In this document: positions 44,159-55,057 of the stretch, piece by piece
Position numbering within the stretch: the stretch's first letter is position 1
Layout of the letters: each line of letters starts with the position of its first letter
Assembly (NCBI GenBank): GCA_963719035.1
Contig: CAVRAO010000002.1
Location: forward strand, 704,001 to 768,000
Reading direction: 5' to 3'
From: Methanobacteriota archaeon
Lineage (GTDB): Archaea; Halobacteriota; Bog-38; Methanoflorentales; Methanoflorentaceae
Length of the DNA: 64,000 bases
The notes under the pieces: model-generated
What the model was told of the DNA's origin: nothing
Databases searched by the model: none
What the model saw: the letters and a program-made list of their open reading frames with translations, nothing else
Program-made: the position numbers and the translations under genes

Positions 44159-45112
44159 TCAGCGATGCTCCGCCGATCCTGCGAGACGTTTGCACACGAC
44201 AGTGATGTCCCGTTCATCGTTGCGGGCGTCGTCAATCGTGGTTGCGGTGTCGGTGTATTCGGTGTAGATGCACGCGATCATGCTACACAGTGGGCACCCG
44301 ATCTGGTCGCAGACCTGCGGGGCCTCTTCCGTCAGCGATCGACACGTGCCGCTGTAGGCGGTGTTGTGAAGGCGAACGCGCATCTCTTCTTCGGTGAGCG
44401 AAACGGTGACCTTGTCAGCGATTTCCAGGCCTTTGACGAGGACGTCCTGGAGCTGCTCAGCAAGCGAAGAGCGCTGCGTTTCCTCCGTTTCGCGTGCCCC
44501 TTCGCTCGCATCGACGTTCGCCGCTGCGTTGGTCCAGTCTGCCTTTAAGTCTTCACGGGTGTACCGGAACAGGTGATAGCCCAAGGGCTTGAGCAGCACC
44601 CCTTCCTGAGCGGCGTTCGGAAGGCCGATAAGAAAGGCCTTGTCATCGGCGAGATCCGCCTTTTGGGGGAGCGCGTAGTCGCGCCTGAGCGGTATGAACA
44701 CCTTAATCTCGCCGCCCGTTGCTGACGAGGGCAGATAGACCCCCTTGTTTTTGACCCTCAGATCGCGGAGGAGATCGTCCACCACGACGACGCTGCTCAG
44801 GTTGAGGTCTTCGGCGACCTTCTGGTTGATGAAGGTCTCGGTGTTGAGGAACATCGTCACCGCGCCCACGAACAGCGCGCCGACGCCGACCATCATCAAG
44901 ATGTTCGCGTTGGACGAGAGGTTATACGAGGGGTACGCGATAACGGTGACAATGGCCCCAATGACGAGGAGGATCGCTCCGGTGACGCGAAACTCGTACT
45001 TTCGCGCGAGATTCTGATTCTTCCGATAGCGCGCGTTCTCGGCTTCGAGGTCATAGATACGTTTCCGCAGCCGGTACGCGGTGGTGTCATCGGTGGTGCT
45101 CATCGTGCTCAC
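44159..45112 (-). CDS. 2-TM membrane protein with N-terminal coiled coil and Cys-rich V4R-like C-terminal domain
   Basis: LRKRIYDLEAENARYR, two TM segments, KGVYLP, GTCRSLTEEAPQVCDQIGCPLCSMIAC. GTGA overlap with the upstream stop. Confidence 0.7.
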   Translation of the reverse strand: MSTMSTTDDTTAYRLRKRIYDLEAENARYRKNQNLARKYEFRVTGAILLVIGAIVTVIAYPSYNLSSNANILMMVGVGALFVGAVTMFLNTETFINQKVAEDLNLSSVVVVDDLLRDLRVKNKGVYLPSSATGGEIKVFIPLRRDYALPQKADLADDKAFLIGLPNAAQEGVLLKPLGYHLFRYTREDLKADWTNAAANVDASEGARETEETQRSSLAEQLQDVLVKGLEIADKVTVSLTEEEMRVRLHNTAYSGTCRSLTEEAPQVCDQIGCPLCSMIACIYTEYTDTATTIDDARNDERDITVVCKRLAGSAEHR

Positions 45113-45636
45113 GCTCCCGCGAAACTTCGTAACACGCTCTGGTTTCGCCTGACGACTATTAATACAATCGACAGCGCGAGGAAGATCGCACCTGAACATG
45201 ACGCCGCCTGAATCGGGTTGAGCCCGAGCGCATAGAAAAGCGCGATCCCCGGCGCCAGCGACACCGCTGCGATCACGAGGGTCAAAAGCGCCGGCCTCAC
45301 ATACGCCCTGAGCTTCGCGACGCGCGGAAGCGGCGTTATCACCGCGGTAAGAAGGAGAAGGGAAAACGCCTGGTAGAGCACAGCCGTGGCGAGGTCTGCC
45401 CCCAAGCTGATCGCACTGACTTCGGCCACCAAGAACACGTAAAGGCCAAAACGCGGGTCAGGGCGCCGCACGACGTACGCTACTACAAAGGCAACAAGGG
45501 CGATCGCGCTCGCCGCCGTGGCCGCCGAAAAATGCAATAAATCGAGGGCGACCAGTGCCGCTGCCGCTATCCCGAGGAGCACCATAGAGCCTACGTGCGA
45601 AGGCCTCCCCCGTTTTCGCTGCTCGGCTGCCGTCAT
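45109..45636 (-). CDS. hydrophobic multi-TM protein
   Basis: 175 aa with about 5-6 TM segments; overlaps both neighbours by 4 bp. Confidence 0.7.
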   Translation of the reverse strand: MTAAEQRKRGRPSHVGSMVLLGIAAAALVALDLLHFSAATAASAIALVAFVVAYVVRRPDPRFGLYVFLVAEVSAISLGADLATAVLYQAFSLLLLTAVITPLPRVAKLRAYVRPALLTLVIAAVSLAPGIALFYALGLNPIQAASCSGAIFLALSIVLIVVRRNQSVLRSFAGA

Positions 45637-47094
45637 GCGATGCGCGCCTCCTTGAGTGCGGGCTGCAACGTCTCTGGCGAGTTTGCCTCGATCACCTTCA
45701 CGCCCGCGATTTGCTCCAACTTACGGGTGCGCGCCGTGAACGCGTCATAGGCCGCATACAGGTCCTCGATCGCGAACAGCGGGTCACCCAGCTGCTCGAA
45801 CACCTTCGAAAAGAGCGCCAGGACGTAGACCTGCATCCCGCGCCTTGTCGCCACGCGAATGCCCTCCATGAGCGGACCAAGGTCATTTTCAAGATCCGAT
45901 ACGAGCACGAGGGTCGATTGGCCGTGTGCGTGCGCCAGCGCCGACGTAACGGCGCGAAAGGCCGGAGAGCGCTTGAGAGTACGCGTGTACCCCTCGCTGT
46001 AAGCGTACAGATAGGAGATCACGGAGCGGAAGCGCCTGATGTCGTCATCGATCGCGTCGTCCGCGGTCGCGGCGAACTGTTTCTTGACGCGTATCACGTC
46101 GCCCCCCGTGACGTCCAGCTTCCTCCGCGGACGTCGTGAGGGGGCGCTCGGCTCAATCTCGTTGAGCGAGCGCACGACGCTCGAGACGTGCGCCAGTGAA
46201 GAACCCGTCTCGAGACTCGTGGGGACGCCGTTGTCGTCATAGGTGGTCAGGCCGATGCGGTTGCCCTTGGCGACGGCCATCTTGACGAAGTTGCCGGCGA
46301 CGTTGACGGCGAAATCGAGCTCGGTGGCTCCGGGAGGCCCGCGCCCCATCGTCCCGCTCTGGTCGATGATGAGGTTGACGCTGGCGCCCGAACCGAGGGC
46401 GCCTTCCATCTCGGCGAAGAACTCCTTTGTCATGAGCCGTATTGAGGCGCGCCGACGCCTTCCAATGAACGTGCTTGAGCGGATCGCCCACTGCGAACGG
46501 TCGGAGGTGTGAGAGCTCGAGCCCCGCGCTCGTGCTGCGCTCCCGGTAGAGCTCTTCTATCGACGTGCTCGTGACTCCACCGGCGCCGGCGCCCTCAACG
46601 CTCACGGCGTACGGCGACTGCCTGATCGCGTACCCCGCCGTCGTGAGCTGGATCGTGTGCAAAAAGAGGCCGTTATCAACGGTGAGCGTGGCGCGTTCGA
46701 TCTCCACGTCTTCCCGGCGCGCGGTCACGAACGCGTAGCGCCACGAAAACGCGCGTCCCGGTCGCAGCGAAAGGTGCACGCGGTTAGTCCCCTCGACAAC
46801 CTCGACGCCGCCCGGCAGAACATCGGTGTAGACGCCCTCGACCGGCCTCGCCGACGCAGCGGAGACGTCGACCGTGACGCGGCCCCCGCGGCGCACCACG
46901 GTCTTGTCGACGCTGCGCGTTATGTTGAGATCAAGCGTCGAAACGAACGACTGAAACGCGAAAAAGCGCCACGTCAAATAGAGGGCAACGGCCATTCCCG
47001 CCACGGCGTAGAACCACAGATTGAGCACCGCGCCGAGCGCGACGAAGAACGCTGCAAGGGTGATAAGGAGGTACGTGAGCTGCTTTGCCTGCAT
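45633..47094 (-). CDS. DUF58/vWA-like MoxR partner, frameshift near 46437
   Basis: GLELSHLRPFAVGDPLKHVHWKASARL/..MTKEF, MIDAS-like IIDQSGTM, LVLVSDLE; two N-terminal TM segments. Confidence 0.9.
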
Positions 47095-47101
47095 GGGTGG
47101 A

Positions 47102-48076
47102 TCAGCGTGAGGGCCGCGTTTCCTTGAGGATGGCATCGATCACCTCGTCGATCGTGATGCCTTCGATCTCCGATTCGGGAGCGATGACGAGCCGGTGATT
47201 GAGCACGTCGGGGGCGATCGCCTTGACGTCGTCGGGGATGACGTAGTCGCGACCACGGGTCGCGGCCAGGGCTCGTGAGAGCGCGAGCAGTGCGATCGAC
47301 GCGCGCGGGCTGGCGGGCAGGAGGAGGTCCTTGTGGCGGCGCGTGCTCATCACGATGTCGCGGATGTACTCGAGGATCTTCTCGTCGACGTACACGTTCC
47401 TGACGATGTCCATCATCCGGAGGATCGCGTCACTGTCGGTGACCTGCGAGACGGCGAGTGATTCCTGCTGTTTCGTCGCAAGAATCTTGAGCTCCTCGTC
47501 GGTAGTGGGGTAGTCGAGCCGCATCCTGATGGCAAATCGATCGAGCTGCACCTCGGGAAGCGGGTAGGTGCCCTCATAGTCGACCACCGTCTGCGTGGCA
47601 AGGACCATGAACGGCTTTTCGAGGGGGAACGTGGTGCCCTCGATCGTGACATTGCGCTCTTCCATGGCTTCGAGCAGGGCGGACTGCGTGCGCGGCGTGG
47701 CGCGGTTGAGCTCATCGCACATGACGATGTTGGCAAAGATGCCCCCCTTTCTGACGTAGAACTCGCTGGTCTTCTGGTCGAACACGAAGCTTCCGGTGAT
47801 GTCAGACGGGAGCATGTCGGGGGTGAACTGCTGCCGGTTGAACGTGCAGCCCAGCGTCTGCGCGAACAGCTTCGTCGCCGTCGTCTTGGCAAGCCCCGGA
47901 TTGCCCTCAACGAGGATGTGTCCCTCGGCAAGCAGCGACAGAAACAGCATCTCGATGAGGTCGTCCTTGCCGACGATAACGCGATGGAGCTCGTCTTTGA
48001 TGTTACGCGCGGTTTCGACGACGACGTCGATATCGGGGGTGCTCTCGGTGCGATTCGCCTCATTTTCGATTGCCAT
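47102..48076 (-). CDS. moxR: MoxR family AAA+ ATPase
   Basis: GHILVEGNPGLAKT (Walker A), QFTPDMLPSDITG, DELNRATPRTQSALLEAMEE, EGTYPLPEVQLDRF, ASPRAS. Confidence 0.95.
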   Translation of the reverse strand: MAIENEANRTESTPDIDVVVETARNIKDELHRVIVGKDDLIEMLFLSLLAEGHILVEGNPGLAKTTATKLFAQTLGCTFNRQQFTPDMLPSDITGSFVFDQKTSEFYVRKGGIFANIVMCDELNRATPRTQSALLEAMEERNVTIEGTTFPLEKPFMVLATQTVVDYEGTYPLPEVQLDRFAIRMRLDYPTTDEELKILATKQQESLAVSQVTDSDAILRMMDIVRNVYVDEKILEYIRDIVMSTRRHKDLLLPASPRASIALLALSRALAATRGRDYVIPDDVKAIAPDVLNHRLVIAPESEIEGITIDEVIDAILKETRPSR

Positions 48077-49132
48077 GCGTTGTCCTCCGGCGTCGTTGCA
48101 GCTGTCTTAGGATGCTCTTGATGCGCGACCGGCGCCACCTCGGATGCGCTCTGATGACGTCGGCAATCGCGGCCTCCTCGTTCACGGGTTCCGCAATCGG
48201 AGCAACGGCGGTGCGCCGTCGGCGCGCCAGCGCTGTGGCGTTTATCCCGATCACAAAGGCCGCTATAGAAAGAAGGATGATCGTGTACTTTACGTTATCG
48301 TCTGCGTTGACGCGGTCATACAGGAGGCTCCACACGGGCTGCGAGGCCCGGTGCGACTCGTCGAAAAGATCGGGACGGCGGCGTTGCCTCCCGTGAGGTT
48401 CGCGATCAAGGCGGTAAGGAGCTTCTGGTTGTCAGCCTGTCCGAGCATGCCGTTGATGAACACGCTCGGATCAGAGAGAAGGACGATGCGCCCCTTGCCG
48501 TACGCGAGCGTGGCAAGCACCGGGTGGGCGCCCGTGCTTCCGGCGATCGGCGCGTTGTCGCCGCCTGCAGCGCGCAGGTAGCTCGTTGGCGCGCTCCGCG
48601 CAAGCACGGTAACGTTGGAAGCGGCGGTGTCCAGGGTCGTCCCGTAGTTGAAGTACAGGGTTTGCACGCCCGCGGTGAGGCCAGACGCCCTAATATCCGT
48701 TACCAGCGGGTGCGCCTCGTCGACCCCCTTGCTGACGTTGTCCGACAGCAGCGAACCGTTGAAGCGCACCGCGTTCGCCACCCCCAGTCCGCTGAGGACC
48801 GCGTTGGCGTTGCCAAAATCGTTGGCGAGAACGAGTGAGCCTCCGTTTCGGACGAAGCTCTGAAGGGCGCGCGTGTCCGCGTCGGTGACCGCCACCGTCT
48901 TATTCGGGTTGAGCATGAAGAGCACCCCGCTGCCTGAGCTGCCGACCTCGCTCAGGGCGAAGAGGTCGCGGGTGCCGTAGCCCTCACCGGCGGCGAGGTC
49001 CTTCGCGTGCGACGCCCCGTTCCAGTCACCGTTGTACGTGCTGAAGTCCTCTTTAGTCGTGTTGAGCAGCGTCACGCTGATCAGGAGTGCGGCGGCGATG
49101 ACGGCCGCGATGAGAAGGTAGCCGCGCTTCAC
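48060..49132 (-). CDS. DUF4350 domain membrane protein, frameshift near 48370
   Basis: FSTYNGDWNGAS, FVRNGGSLVLANDFG, YGKGRIVLLSDPSVFINGML; C-terminal TM. Confidence 0.88.
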
Positions 49133-50898
49133 GGACGCCCCTCCGCGCTTTTGACGTGGCGATGCAGCGAGTCATACGCGCTGAGCGCCGCGTCACGCCG
49201 TGCCTGGGTGAACGATCGGCCGCCGTAGTTGGCGAGTTCGTAGGCGGTGGTCAGCTCTCGCAAGGGGGCGTTCACGTCGGGCAGCGCCGCCTTAATCGCC
49301 CAGAATTTTTCCCAGTACGTCATGTGCGCGGCGAGGCGGACACGGGTGGCCACCGACAGAGACGCCACGGCCGCATCGAACAGCGTTCGAGTGGCCGACT
49401 CGTCATCTCCTTGCGCGAACGCGTGGCGCGCTTGGTCGCGTGCGGCGTACCAATCGATGGTAGGTTCAGGCGTTGTCGTCGTCGGCGGCGTGGGTGCCAC
49501 GGGTCGCGCCGCGCGTCCGCCCATAGCGGGGGCTTCAGCGGGCGCAGATGCCGCCTCTACTACCGGCGCGCGTCTGCCGACCCTGCGACTATAGAAGAAA
49601 ATGCCAAGGAGCGCGACGAGTGTGACGACGACGATAATGCCGTAGACCGCCATCAAATCGGCGGGGACGTGCACGGCTGCGCTCTCGCTGCGATCGAGCG
49701 GCAGGCCAGTTGGATCAAAGACCGTGTACGCGGTGGCGCCGTTGAGCACAGCGGGCATGTAGAGACCGGTGGCCGGGACGGAGAACGCGTACGTGCCGTT
49801 TTGATCAGTTAGCGTCTGCGCGACGTTGGCGTCCCCTACGAAGAGAGAGCACCGTGGCGTTCGTGACGGGTCCGTTCGGCGTCTTGAGCTGACCCCGTGC
49901 CTGCAGATCGCTGCCGAGCGCGATGCTGCTCGATAAGACGCTGAGGGTGTTGGTGACCGGTGATTTGGCGACGGAGAAGTTGAGTTTCGGGCTTTGCGCG
50001 GGGTTGTACGGGACATTTACCGGCGCGTACTTGGCAAACGCGACGTGCGTTCCGGGCGCGAGCGTCCTGATAACGAACGGATACGCGTATGACCCCGTCG
50101 CGTTCGTACGCACCGTTGCCACCGTCGCGTTGTCGACGTGGATCTCAACGACGCCGTTTATGCCGCCCGTTTGGTTGTCCTGCAGACTGCCCGCGAGCAC
50201 GACGCGGTCGCCGTAGGCCGTGCTGTTCTTGTTACCCGTCAGCGTGAGAGTCGGAGTCAGGAATACGCTCGTGGTGACGTTCGCAAGGCGGCTGTCGACC
50301 TGCTTTGTATATGCGTTGAAGAGCGCCGTGCTGTTGCCATACTGGGAAAGGTCGAGTCCGTTGTTCACGGCAACGCCGTAGATGTCCGCGTTACGCCCTT
50401 CTATGGTGGTCTCGAGCCCCTTGAGCGTGGTGCTAAGCGCCTTCATCTCGAGCGCGTTCGCGATTGAGCCGTTACTGCGTGCGGCTACCGCGAGCGAGGC
50501 CCGTTTCGTTCACGTACAGGTCGTTGTAGCGTTGTGCGTCTCTTGATAAAGGTGGCGAAGTCGTCGCGTGACGCGGCCATGGCAGCCATCGACCGTGTCC
50601 TGCTGGGGGTTGTTCGCGGCGGCGTTCAAGCTGTCAATCGTGCTGTTGTACGCTGGCAAGCAGCGCGTTCGCGTTGGAGAAGTTGCGCCTGCGTCACGTT
50701 GGCGATGATGCCGTTTGAATCAGTGGCAAGCGCCGCAAAGAGCGTGAGCTGCGCAGGGAAGTCAAACCCGCCACTCGGCGCAGGACTCACCTGCGTGTGT
50801 GAGGGCACGTCTTGCGCCGCGGCAGCCCCCGTGGCGATGAGCAGAAAAATGAGACACACAGCACACGATGTTCGAGCGAGCTGTCGTTGATAGCGCAA
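49129..50898 (-). CDS. secreted helical + Ig-like domains, TM, C-terminal DUF4129-like domain; several frameshifts
   Basis: Signal peptide (CLIFLLIATGAAAAQD), Ig repeats with TNATGSYAY and TDQNGTYAF, TM, Pro-rich linker, HMTYWE...LTTAYELANYG. Confidence 0.75.
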
Positions 50899-51134
50899 AG
50901 ATTACCCCCAAAGTGAACACTGAACCGAGTGATCTAGCAGAAACTAGCACAAAGGAAGTATAAAAATGCTCCTTCATCCGCTCGATGGAAACAGAACCGA
51001 TCCACCGGCCAATGAGCGTGTCGAGCTCTGAACGACGGGAAAAAGAAGGTGCGCCGCCCGGCTTGGGAAGCTGCATGCGACTGACGAGACGAGGATCGCG
51101 TCCGCCGGACGTTGGGCCGCGAGTTGCCCTGAGC

Positions 51135-51422
51135 TTAGTGCAAGAACGGAAGCGCCTGTTGAACTATCAGGATCACAAAAACGATGAGGCATATAACCAT
51201 AAAGGCAACGATGTTCCTTCTCCAACCTGCCCGAAAACGTGGATCCGTGAGTTCAATTACGCCGAGGAATTCAATTACGAGGAGCACGATGAAGATCTGA
51301 ACAGTATAGACCTGAAGCACAATCAGTGCAAAGATGGTAACAAAGACCAGCGTCAATAGGGCGTACACAAAGCGCTGCTCCTGCGTCAGCTTGGTACCCA
51401 GAACTGCATCGCGGCACAACAT
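51135..51422 (-). CDS. small 3-TM membrane protein
   Basis: Very hydrophobic 95 aa; FIVLLVIEFLGVIELTDP....W pattern; lies directly downstream of the DUF1616 gene. Confidence 0.7.
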   Translation of the reverse strand: MLCRDAVLGTKLTQEQRFVYALLTLVFVTIFALIVLQVYTVQIFIVLLVIEFLGVIELTDPRFRAGWRRNIVAFMVICLIVFVILIVQQALPFLH

Positions 51423-51523
51423 TGACAGCGATGCTATAAAAACGTGGCCGTTTGTACAATCTCCGGAAAGCCGAAACGAATACAGAGCGCATAGTCGTTG
51501 TTCTCGCCCTGATTGGGACCGTG

Positions 51524-52398
51524 TTAGCGACCGCTTGTGACGTTTGTGACCAAGTAGGCCTCTCTATAGGGGGTTGTCATACTGTCGTCACGGTACAGCA
51601 GAAAGTCAAGCCGCTCGTTGTTGCCGGAGCGATTAGGCGTTAACGATATCGCTTTTTCAGACGTTTGACCGTCGCCAACCATCTGCCGTCCGGATACAGG
51701 GTGGTGGAGTTTTGCGTATCATTGAGGCTGACGATGAGCGTGTAGGTCACGTCGCGGTTTTCGTGATTGACGATCCCAACGACTGCTGATTGCGCCTGCC
51801 CAACTGTTAAGTTTGCAGGGTACCCCTGCATCTTGCCAGTGGGTCCTAGAAGGTAGAACTCGGTGTAGCTTTCGCGCGGAGCAGGAGTGACGAGAGAGTA
51901 GCCCAACGCTGATGCTGAGAAAATGATAGAAAGGCCGAGGATGACGAGCAAGCCGCGCTGTAACCGGTTGTAATTGCTCAGCCGGAGGCCTCTTGCCAAC
52001 GTTAAAACGGTGCCGAAGTCAAAAGAGAATCGTTCCTGCCGCGGGAGCGCGTGCCTTCGGGCGTAAGCGATGAGCACTGTTGCGATGACGACAAGAAAGA
52101 TGCCCGTCACAATTGATAGCACCGTGAGGGCCCATTGGGTAAAGTTGAGGAAGAAACGCTGTCAACGGCACGACTGCAATGCTAAGCCCAAATGAGAATC
52201 CCACGCGTTCTAAACCGGAAATGTCGGTTTTGCCCGGAAAAAGGGCAGCAACGAGGGAATAGCCAGGCACGAAGAGTAGTACAGGCGTCTCAATTACGGC
52301 GCGAATGGCGGTGCCGCTCAGTTGAGGCACTGCGCCGAACGCGAGCCCGACCAATGCTATAGCAACTGCAACTACAGATCCCCATCTGATTTAGCCAT
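51524..52398 (-). CDS. DUF1616 family membrane protein, several frameshifts
   Basis: LFVPGYSLVAALFPG...ERVGFSFGLSIAVVP, ESYTEFYLLGPTGKMQGYP, VGIVNHE, RLDFLLY....PYREAYL. Confidence 0.88.
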
Positions 52399-52537
52399 GG
52401 CGTCTGAGTGGTTTGCACAAAGTTGTGAGCCTCGATTCTTGTACAACGCTTCTAAACGCTTAAGTTTATGCTTCAGGTTGGTAGTCTGCTGGCCCTGTGA
52501 TGGATATGCCGCCCAAACGCGTGCCGCTTTTTTTCCT

Positions 52538-54469
52538 TCAGCGGCTTTTCAGCCAATAGTCGAGTCGATTTGCCAAATAACTATTTTCATATCCAGCGAC
52601 TAACCCGCCATCGTAAACGCGCGCTCCCAAACTAGTCGTGTTTCCCTGTGGCGGAGTGAACGTGTCATTGACCGGAATGACGCCGACGTGATAAAAGCCG
52701 TCTAGCGTGTAGTTGGTGCCAGCTGCGCCGCTAATGAGAAGCAGCGCGTTAGAGGTGCTGTGTTTCGTTTGATTCGCGGCGATTAAGTCGGCATAGTAGT
52801 AGAAGCGCGAAGCTTGGATATAGGCGGTATCGCTGATAGTGTCATTGTTGCTCTTGTGAACGGTAGTATTTATTGCCGACAGCTCCGAGCTCGTGAGCGA
52901 GTAGCGCTCCCAGGGGGGGCTGCCTAGCAGGTGGTTATCGACGTTGCCGTCGGGCTCAGAACCATGATAAGTGCCAGGAAGGCCACAGCCGCGCTTAAGA
53001 AGAGCGATTTCGCTTTCATGTTGCGCGTATATTTGGACATACCAGCAGCGTGACTCCCAGCGGCACAGCATATAGTATCTGAGATAAAAAGACCCACCTT
53101 TCCGGTACAAGAAAAGCTCCGAATGCTCTCGAAAAGCCGAGGATCGCGGGGATTACACCAACTGCTATAAAGACGAATGCGCGCGGGCTGCCGAACTTCT
53201 TCGAAATCATATAGAAACAACCGATGAGGGCGAGCGCAAGAAATGCGCATATGCCGGCTGCCCGGAGTGATAGCTCCCACAGAGGTTGACTCGGAAGATA
53301 GACGACATGAGCCGTTGAAAAAGGTGCTGAACTGCGAGTAATAAACCCAGCTTGCGATAGACTTGAACGAGCCTGATGCATACGCCCACCACCCTAACAT
53401 CGCCACAATGAAACCCGTTGCGAGGGTGAGTGAAAGTATGGTCCGCGGAGCGCGGTCGTTCAGCTTTCGGTAAAAGAGCGCGGCTATCAGGCCTGACAGA
53501 AGTATGAGTGCCATCGCCATTGCTGAGAGTGTATGGGTCAATATGAGCGTGCTAATGACAATCAAAATGACAATCAGATTGCTGCCCCTGTTTCGGCCCC
53601 AGATCGTGAAGAGCATGTATAGCGAAACAACCAAGAGGGTGGCCCCCAACGTATTAGGCACTGCTGCGAATCCGAAGTAAATGAATTCGTTTGCCACAAC
53701 AAGTAATAATCCCCCGAGCAGCCCTGGCCTGGCGTTTATCAGCGATTTTCCAAAGAGAAAAGTGAACAGCACGGCGATGATTACGAGGGAGGCTCCCACT
53801 GACAGCGTCGCGGCCCACTTGTAATCGAGGGAGGTCAGGAGCGAAGTACCGGCGACTTCGAGGTTCAACATGGGGAGAGCCCCGTATGTGCGCGTATAAA
53901 GGCCGGGATACTGGCTCACCGTCGGAATATGCGCCCAGCGAAGGATCTGCCACGTGAACTGCTCAAATCCCCAGGAATCCGGTCCCACAACGTTGGGGAA
54001 GATGACCAACTGGGAGATCTGCGAAAGAACTCCGACCGTTATTATTTGCGTCAAAGTGAGGACGGCGCTTCTCGCAGTGGCGTTATACGCTATCACCTCA
54101 AGGGCAATCGCTCCCGCCATAAGCGCGACGAAAACAAAATAAGCAAGGGGACGGACGTAGACCTCGGGTCGGAGGTGCACCGAGAGAATCGCACATCCGA
54201 AAAAAACGAAAAAGAGGACGTTTCCGAGCAGGAACAAGGTTTGATTATCCGGCGGGTTCAGGTCTTTTAGAGAGTTGTCACTCCGCACGCGTAGCCAAAC
54301 GACGTAGTACAATGAACCCGATTGAACCAAGAAAAAGATAGTAGGTGTTGTTCGCAAGTGAGGTGGGATTGCTAAGTGCAATCACGCCTGCAACAACATC
54401 TGCTGCGGAGAGCACTGCACCAGCTAAAGCGAGAAGCCGATCATTTCCGCCTGTGTTACGCAGTTTCAT
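52538..54469 (-). CDS. DUF2206-like (GT-C-type) multi-pass membrane protein, frameshifted
   Basis: FPNVVGPDSWGF, YGALPM, PNTLG, LILTHTLS, VPERW, RVYDGG; many TM segments. Confidence 0.72.
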
Positions 54470-55057
54470 CGTTGGGCTTCCTCACCTTTGCTTACGCTTC
54501 ATAGATTTCGCGCGAATGCGCGTCGCGAAGGTTATAGCGGGCGCGGGGCTCTCATCCACGCCTGTAGGGTTCGTCATTCGCTATGAATCTTCAACTACTT
54601 AACGCTTCACACCTTCCCCCCGCATCGAACGTGTGCTTCGCCTGCAAAAGCTTTCTTCTTAAGCGTTTATACTAATCGAAGCAGCACATAACTGGTTTTG
54701 TCGCCGACTACATAGTGAGCTACTTTTAGCGTTGAATCGATGCTACGCACCGCCCCGCCCGCTGCCTAAGACGATTAATATCTGCTTTAAGCGAATTCAA
54801 CTGCGGCGATAAGGTCACACATTTTGACGGATTTCCAACCGATTTCGCTCTAGGCGACCGTCCGACCCGCTATAACTTCGTGCAATTTCTTTTCTTCGTG
54901 GTGGAGCTTTAGAGATCGGGTTGATGGGCTTCTTCGCCTAGTATCGTTCGGCGAAGCAAATTGATGCAACGCCGATAAAGCTGCCTGTGGGTAAATCAGC
55001 AAATCGTGCCAAAAAAAACGTAGAGGGATCCGCAACGCGTTTCAAGCAGGAAGACGC

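Noticed and set aside
37928-50890. Long opposite-strand ORFs (e.g. 37928..38788, 46657..47127, 49156..49812)
   Set aside because: Antisense shadows of GC-rich real genes, with no recognisable motifs.
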